Virus record (IMG/VR): IMGVR_UViG_3300043313_001992
DNA length: 35,573 nt
Direction: 5' to 3' (one strand)
Origin: a virus
A program made the translations under genes and the position numbers. Below the pieces are notes generated by a model. That model was not told the origin of the DNA. It searched no databases and worked only from the letters and a program-made list of their open reading frames with translations. Positions 1-8,206 of this stretch are shown here, one piece after another. Within the stretch, counting starts at the first letter, position 1; each line of letters starts with the position of its first letter.

Positions 1-69
1 CACGCGCGTGCGCGCGAGGCGGAGCCAGATGGCAGGTCACTTCGGGGGCTCCTCTGCTGGCGCAGAACT
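1..69. repeat. terminal direct repeat copy 1 (identical to 35505-35573)
   Basis: Bases 1-69 match 35505-35573 letter for letter. The primase ORF stop (37-39) lies inside it, so the sequence closes into a circle or a terminally redundant molecule. Confidence 0.95.
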
Positions 70-2133
70 GAGGATGGCCCGTTTCGCTTCAGCCGGTGTC
101 ATGCCTGCCGGATAGGTCCAGTGGTGCCCGGCGTGCTGGATCGTGCCGCCGATCCGTTCCCGGGCGCGGCGGGCCTGCTCGGTCGAGTACCCGGCGTCGG
201 CCATGGCCGCCGTGTATTCGGTCGACTTCATCGGGCCGAGGGACAGGATCTCGGTGGCCTCGCGGTCACGACCGTTGGCCGCGCCGAGGACGGTGCCGTT
301 GCTGGCGGCGATCAGGTCGCCCTGGGTGAAGGTGCGGTCCTTGACCCATTCCACTCGCGGGATGAAGGCGATGTCGCCCCGGTCGTCGCGCATGGGGGCG
401 CCGTCGGGATGCGCCAGCGAGGCGCCGACGGTGCGGTACCCGACCGGGGCCGACCGCTTCGATCCGTTCAGCTTGGCCACACCGAACAGCCGGACGTCGG
501 GCTCGGTGCCTTCGGCGCCCCGCTCCTCGACGGCGACCAGCACCGACCGGGACGCCGCCCCGATCTGGGTGTTGCCCTGGAGCACGTCGAGCGGGTCGCC
601 TCCGGCTTTGCGGGTGTGGTGGATCAGCACGATGGTCACGTTCCAGATCCGGGCCAGCGCGGAGAGGGCGTCGAGCACGGCGCGGACCTCGCCCTTGTTG
701 GTGTCGAAGCCCTGGGCGTTGGTCAGGCCGGTGAGCGAGTCGAGCACGACGAGCTCGGCGCCGCGGCGGGCGACGTCCTCGACCACCAGCGCGGCGGTGC
801 CCATGTCGATCGGGCGCTCGCCCCGCTCGGCGGTCGTGACGGTCTCGACGAGCATCACCATGTCCAGCACGGCGCCCGCCACGGTGAGGCGACGAGCCCA
901 CTCGCTGGCGCTGTCCTCGCCGGGCAGGCAGATCACCGCCGAGGCGAAGGCCCCGAGCAGCCGGTCGCCGTTGGGCATCTTCTCGCCGCGGGTGCCGCGG
1001 GCGATGACGTCGGCCAGCACGACGCCCTTCCCGGCGTTGGGCTTGCCCGCCACGATGCAGACCTCGGCACGAGGAAACCAGCCCCGGATCAGCTGCGGGG
1101 CGGGGCGCACGTCGAACCGGTCGGCGGTGAGGATGTTGGAGCGGGCGCGCTCCGCGCTCCCGACCTGGTCCTGCCCGTTCATCCTCGGCCCGGCGATGTC
1201 GTCGTGGAACTTGCGCATCTCGGCCTCGGGCTTCCCGCGCACCTTGCCGACGGCATGGCGCAACATGGCGGCGAACTCGGTGGTGCGCTGAGGCGAGCTG
1301 ATCTGGGCGCGCCGGGCGTCGGGCGACACGGCCTCGATCCAGGCGGCGGCCAGCAGGTCGACGGTAGGGCGACCGGAAGCGATCCCGGCCCGCACACACT
1401 CCATCGCCCAGATGAGCGCATGCGTCATCGAGTCGTGGCGGGAGTGCCCCGCCCGCCAGCGCTCCTCGAAGTCGGCCAGGATCACCCCGGCGTAGCTGGG
1501 CTGGTCGGCGCGGCTGTGGCCCTCGAGGAACGCTTCCACGGCGTCGGGGTCGGCGGCCTCGCTGGCCCGGTCGACGTCGGCCATCCGTGCCCGGGAGAGC
1601 TCGGCGATCCACGGCCAGGGCAGCTCAGGAAGGTCCTCGACGGCGGGGAAGTCGGTGGTGAAGGCCAGTTCGTTCTGGTCGACGTAGCCGTAGGGGCGGC
1701 CTTCGGGATGCATCGAGGGGAACACGACGGCGTAGCGGTGGCCCCGCTGGATGATCTCGATGCCCGGCAGGCTGGTCACCCACGTGAACCCGACGGGCAC
1801 CCGGTAGAGGCGGATGCCGCTGCCGTCGTTGCGCCCGCTGTGGGCGATCCACGTCGGCGGCAGCGGCCCGCACTTCGTCAGCAGGCGGGCGAGCGTGGCG
1901 TCACCGCCGTGGTAAGCGTCGACGTCGAGCCCGATCACGTCGGGCGGCATGCGCAGCCCGACGTTGCCCGCCCACGCCGCGGCCCGGATCTCGGCCTCGG
2001 TCATGTCGCTGCCGCCGTAGCCGGTGCGGCCCTCGGGCGGCGGGGCCTTGGCCCCGGCCGGGAGCTCGATGGGATGCCAACCCGCCTCGTGGTAGGCGAG
2101 GGCGGCGGCGGTGGTTGTGGGCGGGCGCTCCAT
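37..2133 (-). CDS. bifunctional primase-polymerase (PrimPol) / RecA-fold replicative helicase-like protein
   Basis: 698 aa. The N-terminus (HEAGWHPIELP, GLDVDAYHGGD, IQRGHRYAVVFPS) fits the PrimPol N-terminal domain pattern. The C-half has a Walker A-like GKPNAGKG and a Walker B-like LVVLDSL, as in RepA/DnaB-type NTPases. ATG at 2133 follows GAGAGG. Confidence 0.85.
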   Translation of the reverse strand: MERPPTTTAAALAYHEAGWHPIELPAGAKAPPPEGRTGYGGSDMTEAEIRAAAWAGNVGLRMPPDVIGLDVDAYHGGDATLARLLTKCGPLPPTWIAHSGRNDGSGIRLYRVPVGFTWVTSLPGIEIIQRGHRYAVVFPSMHPEGRPYGYVDQNELAFTTDFPAVEDLPELPWPWIAELSRARMADVDRASEAADPDAVEAFLEGHSRADQPSYAGVILADFEERWRAGHSRHDSMTHALIWAMECVRAGIASGRPTVDLLAAAWIEAVSPDARRAQISSPQRTTEFAAMLRHAVGKVRGKPEAEMRKFHDDIAGPRMNGQDQVGSAERARSNILTADRFDVRPAPQLIRGWFPRAEVCIVAGKPNAGKGVVLADVIARGTRGEKMPNGDRLLGAFASAVICLPGEDSASEWARRLTVAGAVLDMVMLVETVTTAERGERPIDMGTAALVVEDVARRGAELVVLDSLTGLTNAQGFDTNKGEVRAVLDALSALARIWNVTIVLIHHTRKAGGDPLDVLQGNTQIGAASRSVLVAVEERGAEGTEPDVRLFGVAKLNGSKRSAPVGYRTVGASLAHPDGAPMRDDRGDIAFIPRVEWVKDRTFTQGDLIAASNGTVLGAANGRDREATEILSLGPMKSTEYTAAMADAGYSTEQARRARERIGGTIQHAGHHWTYPAGMTPAEAKRAILSSAPAEEPPK

Positions 2134-2139
2134 TGGGGG

Positions 2140-2829
2140 CTACCTCTCGGGGTACTCGTCGGGCAGCACCATGCCGGGAAGCTGCGGACCGGTTTCACCG
2201 AGCAGGTTCGGTTTCAAGGAATCTCGGGTGGTGCGGTCGAGGCGCTTCAGCCCGCCGACGTTGCAACCCATCGTGTTGATCGTCTGGAAGTGCGACGTGC
2301 GCTCCCGCACCTCCATGGCGAACGTCGGGCGCATCGCCCAGGTGGTGATGGCGTTCGGGTCATTCGACACGAGCACCGCCGTGGACCGGTCGACGACATC
2401 GAGGAGCGCGTCCTCGCCGCTGCCCGCCACGACGTGGATGCGCACCGCTCCACACACCCAGTCGTCGCCGTCCCGCCGGTAGTCCATGCCCGGCAGGTGC
2501 CGGTCGAGGTTGTGCTCCAGCTCGTTGAACGTCGTCCGCTTGTTCTCGTACAGGTAGACGTCGATCGGCTTCGGGCGCTGTGCCCCGTTGACGTACAGGG
2601 CGTGGAAGGCCATCAGGCCCGGCGAACAGTTGCGGCACCAATCGTCTCCATCAGCCACCGCCCCATCGCCCGCCGTCAGGTCGAACCACACCATCCTCGT
2701 GATGGGGGCGAGGTGCCTAGCGACGGCGATCTCCCGCCCGAAGATCGTGTCCATGAGCGCGTGTTTCGCGGGCGTACGGAAACTGCGCCCCGGGCTACCG
2801 GCCCGGGGCGCACGAACAACGCCGCTCAT
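2140..2829 (-). CDS. hypothetical protein, possible Rossmann/SAM-methyltransferase-like fold
   Basis: 229 aa with high GC3. ATGA overlap with the upstream gene at 2826-2829. WFDLTAGDG resembles methyltransferase motif I, but no clear motif IV is present. Function not supported beyond this. Confidence 0.6.
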   Translation of the reverse strand: MSGVVRAPRAGSPGRSFRTPAKHALMDTIFGREIAVARHLAPITRMVWFDLTAGDGAVADGDDWCRNCSPGLMAFHALYVNGAQRPKPIDVYLYENKRTTFNELEHNLDRHLPGMDYRRDGDDWVCGAVRIHVVAGSGEDALLDVVDRSTAVLVSNDPNAITTWAMRPTFAMEVRERTSHFQTINTMGCNVGGLKRLDRTTRDSLKPNLLGETGPQLPGMVLPDEYPER

Positions 2830-3278
2830 GATCCGCCGAACAGATCGCTGGCCGCGATGCTGGCGGCGGGCGGCGGGCGGTAGGCGCAGCTGAACAGCTT
2901 GGCGACCTTGCCGCCGCCCAGATTGGCCCGGCCGGTGAAGGCCACGGCCAGCTCGCCGCCGACGTCCAGACTCTCGGCGCCCGCCGCCCGGACCGCGGTG
3001 CCCAGCGCGTTGCGCATGGCCTCGCCTGAGCCTTCGTCCGCCTGGTAGTTCCCGCCCTTCGCATACAGGTTCACCGTCTCGCCGTCGGCCTGGGCGAGCG
3101 TGACCACGAATTGCATCCGCGGGCTGCCGTCGTTGAACGTCAGCGGGCTGCCGTCCAGCGCCGTCTGCTGGCGTTCGTCGAGGGCGGTGATCCGGCCCTT
3201 GTAGGTGTCGCCGAACTCGTTGAACTTCGCCCCGGCGCTGGCTTCGAGCTGGCCGACGGGAATGCTCTGATTGCTCAT
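2826..3278 (-). CDS. hypothetical protein, possible ssDNA-binding/annealing accessory protein
   Basis: 150 aa. ATGA overlap with the exonuclease stop (3275-3278). It sits between the exonuclease and the primase, and the C-terminus has a flexible PPPAASIAASDLFGGS tail. The functional guess is positional only. Confidence 0.6.
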   Translation of the reverse strand: MSNQSIPVGQLEASAGAKFNEFGDTYKGRITALDERQQTALDGSPLTFNDGSPRMQFVVTLAQADGETVNLYAKGGNYQADEGSGEAMRNALGTAVRAAGAESLDVGGELAVAFTGRANLGGGKVAKLFSCAYRPPPAASIAASDLFGGS

Positions 3279-4639
3279 GTGGTGGTCTCTTTCTGGTCGG
3301 GGCCGACGGCGTCGGCGTTGGGAAACATGCGCTGCACGAGGGCGATGTCGTCGCCGCCCGGGCGCGGCTCGGGGAAGATCACCCGGTGGCGCTTCTCGAC
3401 CTGGTCGAGCAAGTGCTCGATGTTGGCCAGGTCGGTCGGGCTGTGGCCGGTGCTGGTGCGCAGCGCGGGCATGTCGGCGGGCCAGGCCGTGGCCAGGTCA
3501 GCGCGGGCCTCGGGCGACTTGGCGCCGATCGCATCGATCCGTCCCTGAAGCCAGGCCCGCAGGTCGTCGTGATAGTCGACTACCAGCGGCTTCGTCCCGT
3601 TGGCCCCAGGGGCCCCTGAATCGCCGTCTGCGGGCTTTGGGGCTTCGGGGGCGGTGGTCGCCGCCTTCTGGGCCTCGACGACCGCCAGCGATGCCTCGAG
3701 GACCGTGACCAGCTCGGCGTCAGGTGTGGCCGGGCGGAACCGGTCCATCTGGCCGGGCTCGTGCTCCATGGCGACGGTCCGTTTGCGCCACTCGTTGACC
3801 CAGATGCCGTGCTCGAGGGCGTCCCACCCAGCGGCGATGTCCACCAGGAACAGCTCGCAGGTGCCCGACCCGGCAGGCAGCCAGATGACCAGGGCGTTGG
3901 TCAGGTCGAAGTTGGGTGCGGGCTCGCGCTCGTCCTCGGATCCGTCGGTGGCCGGGCCTTGGCGGTAGAGGTCACGGCCGTTGGCATAGATCGCCAGCTG
4001 CGTGGCGATCGAGTGCCAGCTGAACGACAGGTCGGCCCCGGTCTTGAGGTCGGCGATCAGGGGCTGGTCGAAGCCCGGCACGACGGCGCCCCGGTCGAAC
4101 GTCCCGGCGATCCGTTTGTCGTCGAGTACGACGGTGCGCTCGATCATGCCGGGCAGGAACGTGACGCCCGCCGCCGCCAGCGTCTTGGTGTAGGCGCTCA
4201 AGTCGGCCTCGGTGGCTGCCGAGATGTAGTTGAGCGTGCGGCCCTCGTCGACCATTGCGGTCAGCTCGTGCAGCGCCGTGCCCTGCTCGGCCCGGTCGTT
4301 GGCGCCGCCGACGGCGGCGGCCTCGGCCACCAGGCGCTTGCACTCCCGCTTGGCTTCGTCGCCGCCGTACCACGGAGACCCGTCGTGGCGGGCCAGCAGC
4401 GCCTCCCACTGGGCGTACAGGCCGGGACGCAGGAGCGTGCCGGTGATGGCCATGGTCGCCATCCATGGTGGTATCCCGTAGCCCTCGTCCAGCCAGCCCG
4501 CCGCCGTGGTCGCCCTCGTGTAGCCGACGGGCTTGTCGCCGCCGGGCGGCAGGATCAGGTACCGGCCCCACTGGTCCCGGCGCCACTTGGTGTCGGCGGC
4601 AACGGGGAAGGCGCCGAGCGGGATGCTCGTGGTGGTCAT
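3275..4639 (-). CDS. PD-(D/E)XK (RecB/Cas4-like) exonuclease
   Basis: LHELTAMVDEG ... FDRGAVV ... IADLKTGADL ... QLAIYANG matches the D..D/ExK..Q.xxY nuclease pattern. I chose the ATG at 4639 (MTTTSIPLG) because it forms an ATGA overlap with the upstream stop. The longest ORF would start at 4741. Confidence 0.75.
   Translation of the reverse strand: MTTTSIPLGAFPVAADTKWRRDQWGRYLILPPGGDKPVGYTRATTAAGWLDEGYGIPPWMATMAITGTLLRPGLYAQWEALLARHDGSPWYGGDEAKRECKRLVAEAAAVGGANDRAEQGTALHELTAMVDEGRTLNYISAATEADLSAYTKTLAAAGVTFLPGMIERTVVLDDKRIAGTFDRGAVVPGFDQPLIADLKTGADLSFSWHSIATQLAIYANGRDLYRQGPATDGSEDEREPAPNFDLTNALVIWLPAGSGTCELFLVDIAAGWDALEHGIWVNEWRKRTVAMEHEPGQMDRFRPATPDAELVTVLEASLAVVEAQKAATTAPEAPKPADGDSGAPGANGTKPLVVDYHDDLRAWLQGRIDAIGAKSPEARADLATAWPADMPALRTSTGHSPTDLANIEHLLDQVEKRHRVIFPEPRPGGDDIALVQRMFPNADAVGPDQKETTT
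3570..3585. promoter_or_regulatory. intragenic near-copy TGATAGTCGACTACCA
   Basis: One mismatch in the right arm. Lies inside the exonuclease CDS and may be fortuitous. Confidence 0.3.
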
Positions 4640-5070
4640 CGGGCCGTGACCTCCATGTCCCGGTGCAGCGTCCACCGGCACCCGCACCGGGCCTTGTGGC
4701 CATGCGTGCAGGCGTGCCCGTCGCGTGTCGACTTGCGCCACCCGTGGATCACGAGCGTCCAGCCCGCCGCCGCCAGGGCGACAAACGCCGGAGCGTGCTC
4801 GGCGTCGGTCATCTTGCGCAGGTGGGCGGCGACGTTGGATGCGCTCGTGGTCTGGACGCCCATCGTCTCGCTGCCGCGCAGGGCGACGAGATCGACGAGT
4901 CCGAACAGGTCCCGGCGCACGCCGCCGCCCGGCGCGCCGTTGGGCACCCAGCGTTCGCAGATGTCCACGGTCCAGCCGCCCTGGCGCAGGTGCGCCAGCG
5001 ACAGCTGCGTGGGGGTCGTCATATCGTCCTCCAGGAAGTCGGCGAGCACGTCGGTCAACAGGTCAGCCAT
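4636..5070 (-). CDS. small PD-(D/E)XK-fold nuclease, Holliday-junction-resolvase-like
   Basis: 144 aa starting at the ATG at 5070, which is preceded by GAAAGGA 8 nt upstream. E..(RRDLFGLVDLVAL)..VQTTS resembles archaeal-type resolvase/restriction-fold cores. A Cys/His cluster lies at the C-terminus. Confidence 0.55.
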   Translation of the reverse strand: MADLLTDVLADFLEDDMTTPTQLSLAHLRQGGWTVDICERWVPNGAPGGGVRRDLFGLVDLVALRGSETMGVQTTSASNVAAHLRKMTDAEHAPAFVALAAAGWTLVIHGWRKSTRDGHACTHGHKARCGCRWTLHRDMEVTAR

Positions 5071-5192
5071 GGGCGGCGTCCTTTCAGTGGTGGTGGTTGC
5101 CAACGTTCCGGGGTGCGCGGCCACGTAGGCCGCCCCGCTGAGGTAGGTGACGCCGCCCCGGTGCCGCCCGCAGCAACAGCGGACGGGACGGT

Positions 5193-5444
5193 TCACGAGG
5201 CGACGTGGGCGTCGAGGTAGGCGTCGAGATCGCCGGGTCGGAGGCGGGTGCCGCCAGGAATCTGGATCGAGCGGAGCCTGCCGCTGTGGATCATCCGGTA
5301 CACGGTGCGGCGGGACACCTTGAGGTAGGCGGCCGCCTCGTTGACGGTCAGCACCGGGCGCCCGTCGTTGTGCTCGCGGGTGGCCTTGGTGGCCGCACGG
5401 CGCTCGTTGCGGTTGAGCGGAGGTAGCTGTGCGATGCGGGGCAT
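5193..5444 (-). CDS. excisionase-family (MerR-like HTH_17) DNA-binding protein; Cro/Xis-like early regulator
   Basis: 83 aa. LTVNEAAAYLKVSRRTVYRMIHSGRLRSIQIPG is the classic excisionase-type HTH. It is the first gene of the leftward replication operon and is divergent from the XRE gene. Confidence 0.8.
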   Translation of the reverse strand: MPRIAQLPPLNRNERRAATKATREHNDGRPVLTVNEAAAYLKVSRRTVYRMIHSGRLRSIQIPGGTRLRPGDLDAYLDAHVAS

Positions 5445-5663
5445 GGCGTCACCGTTTCACGCGATGTAACTGGTGACAAGGTGGCAATTCGCGTGCCACG
5501 TGGTGCCTGGGCGTGCCCTGAATGTGCGCTATGTGACACGCCGGGTGTTGCCGCACCGCGGTCACCCCGCTACGGTCGATCAGCAACCGGGGCCTTCGTG
5601 CCCCGCTCGACCGTCCGGGGGGTGGTTGCAACGTGTGGCACCTAGTGGCACAGTGGTCGGCAC
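5445..5663. promoter_or_regulatory. divergent switch region with GTGGCA/TGCCAC repeats
   Basis: 219-bp non-coding gap between divergent HTH genes. It contains the perfect inverted repeat GTGGCA-N7-TGCCAC (5481-5499), direct GTGGCA copies at 5635-5640 and 5645-5650, GTGACAC at 5533-5539, and a GTCGATCA half-site at 5575-5582. Confidence 0.6.
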
Positions 5664-6077
5664 ATGGACACCGATGCAGACACCGTCCCGGCGTACATGC
5701 GCCGACGCCGACACCAGCTGCGGCTCTCCCAGGAGAAGGCCGCTGGGGCGGCAGGGATCTCCCGGCGCGTGTGGTCCGAGATCGAGTTGGGTCAGCGCCG
5801 GGGCAGCGACGAATCGCTGGCCCGCATCGAGCGGGCGCTCGACGTGCCCGCCGGGTCGCTGATCGCCCTCGGTGCCCCGCCCCCGAAGGACGAGGAACTC
5901 GCCTCGATCCGTCGGGAGCTGGTCAAGATGATCCGGCAGCTCACCACCAGGGGGGAACTGGAGGGGGCGCTGGTCGATGTGTCCAAGCGACGGCTGGCGG
6001 CGTTGCAGGCCCGTATCGAGCAATTCGAGGACACCGCCGATGACCCGTCAACCGAGGATCACCGTCACACCGGTTGA
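5664..6077 (+). CDS. XRE-family (Cro/CI-type) HTH transcriptional regulator, candidate immunity repressor
   Basis: 137 aa. RRRRHQLRLSQEKAAGAAGISRRVWSEIELGQR is a typical HTH_3 motif, followed by a C-terminal coiled-coil-like region. Confidence 0.85.
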   Translation: MDTDADTVPAYMRRRRHQLRLSQEKAAGAAGISRRVWSEIELGQRRGSDESLARIERALDVPAGSLIALGAPPPKDEELASIRRELVKMIRQLTTRGELEGALVDVSKRRLAALQARIEQFEDTADDPSTEDHRHTG

Positions 6078-6186
6078 TCAGCTGGTCGCCCTCGCCCGCC
6101 TGGCGGGCCATCTTCTCAACGAGCGCCTTGCCGCCGGGGAAGGTGCCGCCCGGGACTCCCGCCCGAGCGGCACCACCCGGCCGGGC

Positions 6187-6202
6187 TGATAGCCGACTAT
6201 CA
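6187..6202. promoter_or_regulatory. boundary palindrome TGATAGCCGACTATCA
   Basis: Perfect 6-bp arms with a 4-bp spacer. Lies in the 152-nt gap after the XRE gene, 27 nt before the ATG at 6230. Confidence 0.7.
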
Positions 6203-6229
6203 ATACCCCAGCGAAACGGAGGCCGCTGA

Positions 6230-6514
6230 ATGGATGACGAGGACGTGTACGTGTTATCGGAGGACGGCGTCGAGCAGGCCCACGGCCTGATCGTAGACCT
6301 GTGGGTGGTCACCCTCGACCAGGGCAACGGTGAACGCATGGCCGCTTTCGACGCCGTCGCTCCCGACGGGTCCCAGGTGCCGTTCCTGTTGGTGACGTCC
6401 GAGCGCGAGGTGCTGGAGCGGATCGACTTCGAGGACATGGCCCGGCGGGAACAGGCAACCGTTCGGTTGCGTCACTTCCGGGCGTGCCACGACCAGGGCG
6501 AGTTCAAGCCGTGA
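6230..6514 (+). CDS. hypothetical protein
   Basis: 94 aa with high GC3. ACGGAGG lies 8 nt upstream of the ATG. Confidence 0.7.
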   Translation: MDDEDVYVLSEDGVEQAHGLIVDLWVVTLDQGNGERMAAFDAVAPDGSQVPFLLVTSEREVLERIDFEDMARREQATVRLRHFRACHDQGEFKP

Positions 6515-6531
6515 CCTACGAGGAGGAAGCC

Positions 6532-6891
6532 ATGGAATCCGAAGCCGCATCGAAACCGCAGGTGTTCGTCGCCGCCGCATGGGAGGGCAACCCCATGGAG
6601 TACGCCCACGGGCTCGTGAAGGCGGCCCGCTCGTTGCGGGCCATCGCCGACATCGTGCCCGTGCTGCCCGACATGCGCCTCGTGCCCGACGAGCCGGGGT
6701 TCGACCGGGTCGGTTGGGAGCGGGACCTGATCGCCCGGTCGGACGCCGTCGTGGTCATCGGCGGGCGGGACGTGCGCGACGACGTCGCCGGGGCCGAGGG
6801 CGTCGACCGGTGGCTGGCCGACGCCGAGGATTTCGGGGTGCTGGTGTTCGACGGGCCGGGGCCGCTGGTCGACTGGGTGATGACCCGGTGA
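6532..6891 (+). CDS. hypothetical protein (weak resemblance to nucleoside 2-deoxyribosyltransferase-like DUF4406 fold)
   Basis: 119 aa from the ATG at 6532, preceded by GAGGAGGAAG. VFVAAAW...SDAVVVIGG suggests a flavodoxin/Rossmann-like pattern. The functional guess is weak. Confidence 0.7.
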   Translation: MESEAASKPQVFVAAAWEGNPMEYAHGLVKAARSLRAIADIVPVLPDMRLVPDEPGFDRVGWERDLIARSDAVVVIGGRDVRDDVAGAEGVDRWLADAEDFGVLVFDGPGPLVDWVMTR

Positions 6892-7067
6892 CCGTCGACC
6901 ACGTTGCCTTGGAGGACGCCGTGCGCCGCCTGCTGGAGATCGACGAGCGGCGGGTGAGCATCGTCCGCTTCACCGGTCTGGACATCGCCGACGGCGTGCG
7001 CCTCACCCAGCCGATCATGGAGGACTACACCGCCGTGATCGCCGAGCTGCGGGAGCTGGTCGGGTGA
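6888..7067 (+). CDS. hypothetical protein
   Basis: 59 aa. GTG at 6888 forms a GTGA overlap with the preceding stop. GC3 is high. Confidence 0.5.
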   Translation: MTVDHVALEDAVRRLLEIDERRVSIVRFTGLDIADGVRLTQPIMEDYTAVIAELRELVG

Positions 7068-7540
7068 CCGGCACCAACCGGAAGGCTCACGTCGAGATCA
7101 CCGAGGACGACCCGCTCTTCCCGGTGACCGACCGGGTGAATTGGCCGTGGCCCCGTCATGTCCCCCGGGACTCGCGGGTGCTCCTCGCCCGCATCGCCTG
7201 GGACGTGCGCGAGCACGGCGACGTGGAGGGCCTCGACGCCGCCGCCGCCCTGCGTCGGCGGTTGCTGGCCCGTGGCGTGGAGGACCCCCGCAGGGCGATC
7301 CCGGCGGCTATCCGTAGCGCGGCCCGGTTCGACTTCGTGACGCTAGAAGGTCGATCCGACTCGTCCCGCCTCGGTGCGATCCGAACGACGTCGGCCACCC
7401 TGCCGCCGAATCCCTGGGTGCTGGAACGCCCGCCCGTCGTCGAGCCCGCCCCGGTGCTGCGGTCGGTGTCCGAGCCCGCCCCGGCGACCGAGGCGCCCCT
7501 GGAGCTACCGCAGGGCCGGGTGGTCGGGGCTGACCCGTGA
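7064..7540 (+). CDS. hypothetical protein
   Basis: 158 aa with a GTGA overlap at 7064-7067. Confidence 0.6.
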   Translation: MTGTNRKAHVEITEDDPLFPVTDRVNWPWPRHVPRDSRVLLARIAWDVREHGDVEGLDAAAALRRRLLARGVEDPRRAIPAAIRSAARFDFVTLEGRSDSSRLGAIRTTSATLPPNPWVLERPPVVEPAPVLRSVSEPAPATEAPLELPQGRVVGADP

Positions 7541-7559
7541 GCAACGGTTGCTGGCGATC

Positions 7560-7874
7560 ATGGACATGGCCGGGGCGGTCCTGATCGACGACCTCACGAC
7601 CGCCCCGGCCGCCCCCACCGACGAGGCGCTGGAGCGGCTAGCCGAGGCCCTCGCCGACAACGCCCGGTTGCGCAACGACCTGGAGGCCGAGCGCCGCCGT
7701 CGTCGTGACGCCGAGGGCGCCGCCGAGTCGGGGGCGAAGGCGTTGCGGGCCGAACGCAAACGGGCGCAGCTCGTGCAGGCGAACCTGGACGCCCTCGTGG
7801 CGGGCATCGCCAAGGGACCGGCACCACGGCCCAACGAGATCGCCCGCCTGATGCAGCAGCGGCCCGTCGGATGA
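7560..7874 (+). CDS. hypothetical coiled-coil protein
   Basis: 104 aa from the ATG at 7560. TTG at 7548 and ATG at 7566 are alternatives and no clear SD is present. Charged heptad-like region: RLRNDLEAERRRRRDAEGAAE. Confidence 0.5.
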   Translation: MDMAGAVLIDDLTTAPAAPTDEALERLAEALADNARLRNDLEAERRRRRDAEGAAESGAKALRAERKRAQLVQANLDALVAGIAKGPAPRPNEIARLMQQRPVG

Positions 7875-8194
7875 AGAGGGAACCGGCCCTGCCCCGTCGA
7901 CCTCGGGCGCCGTTCGGTCACCGCTACTGGGGGCCGTGCTGGGGGGTCCGCAAGTTGCCCGACGGGCGCGAGCTGGTGCTCCTGCCGTTGATCGGGCCGG
8001 TCACCCAGCTATCGGTGAGCTACGCCCGCGACGGCTTCTACGCCGACACCTGGCATTACGACCGCTTGGCCTGGGCGTGGGACGCCTTGTGCCGGTGGGA
8101 CGGGACGGGCGAACCGGAGCGCTGGTTCCGCCATCCGGCTACGGGGCGTCGGCGGCCGGGGGGCGACCCGGTCGCCGAATACGTGCAGCCGTGA
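7871..8194 (+). CDS. hypothetical protein
   Basis: 107 aa with an ATGA overlap at 7871-7874. Its TGA stop is the first arm of the palindromic motif at 8192-8206. Confidence 0.6.
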   Translation: MKREPALPRRPRAPFGHRYWGPCWGVRKLPDGRELVLLPLIGPVTQLSVSYARDGFYADTWHYDRLAWAWDALCRWDGTGEPERWFRHPATGRRRPGGDPVAEYVQP

Positions 8195-8206
8195 TAGGCG
8201 ACTATC
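8192..8206. promoter_or_regulatory. boundary palindrome TGATAGGCGACTATC
   Basis: Its TGA is the stop of 7871-8194. The int TAG stop (8202-8204, minus strand) lies in the other arm. Confidence 0.7.

Noticed and set aside
121-2883. 920-aa plus-strand ORF, with several other long ORFs at 143-1291 and 266-1612
   Set aside because: It is antisense or out of frame relative to the PrimPol-helicase gene. The translations are Arg/Gly/Pro/Ala-rich with no motifs, which is the typical shadow-ORF artefact of very GC-rich DNA.
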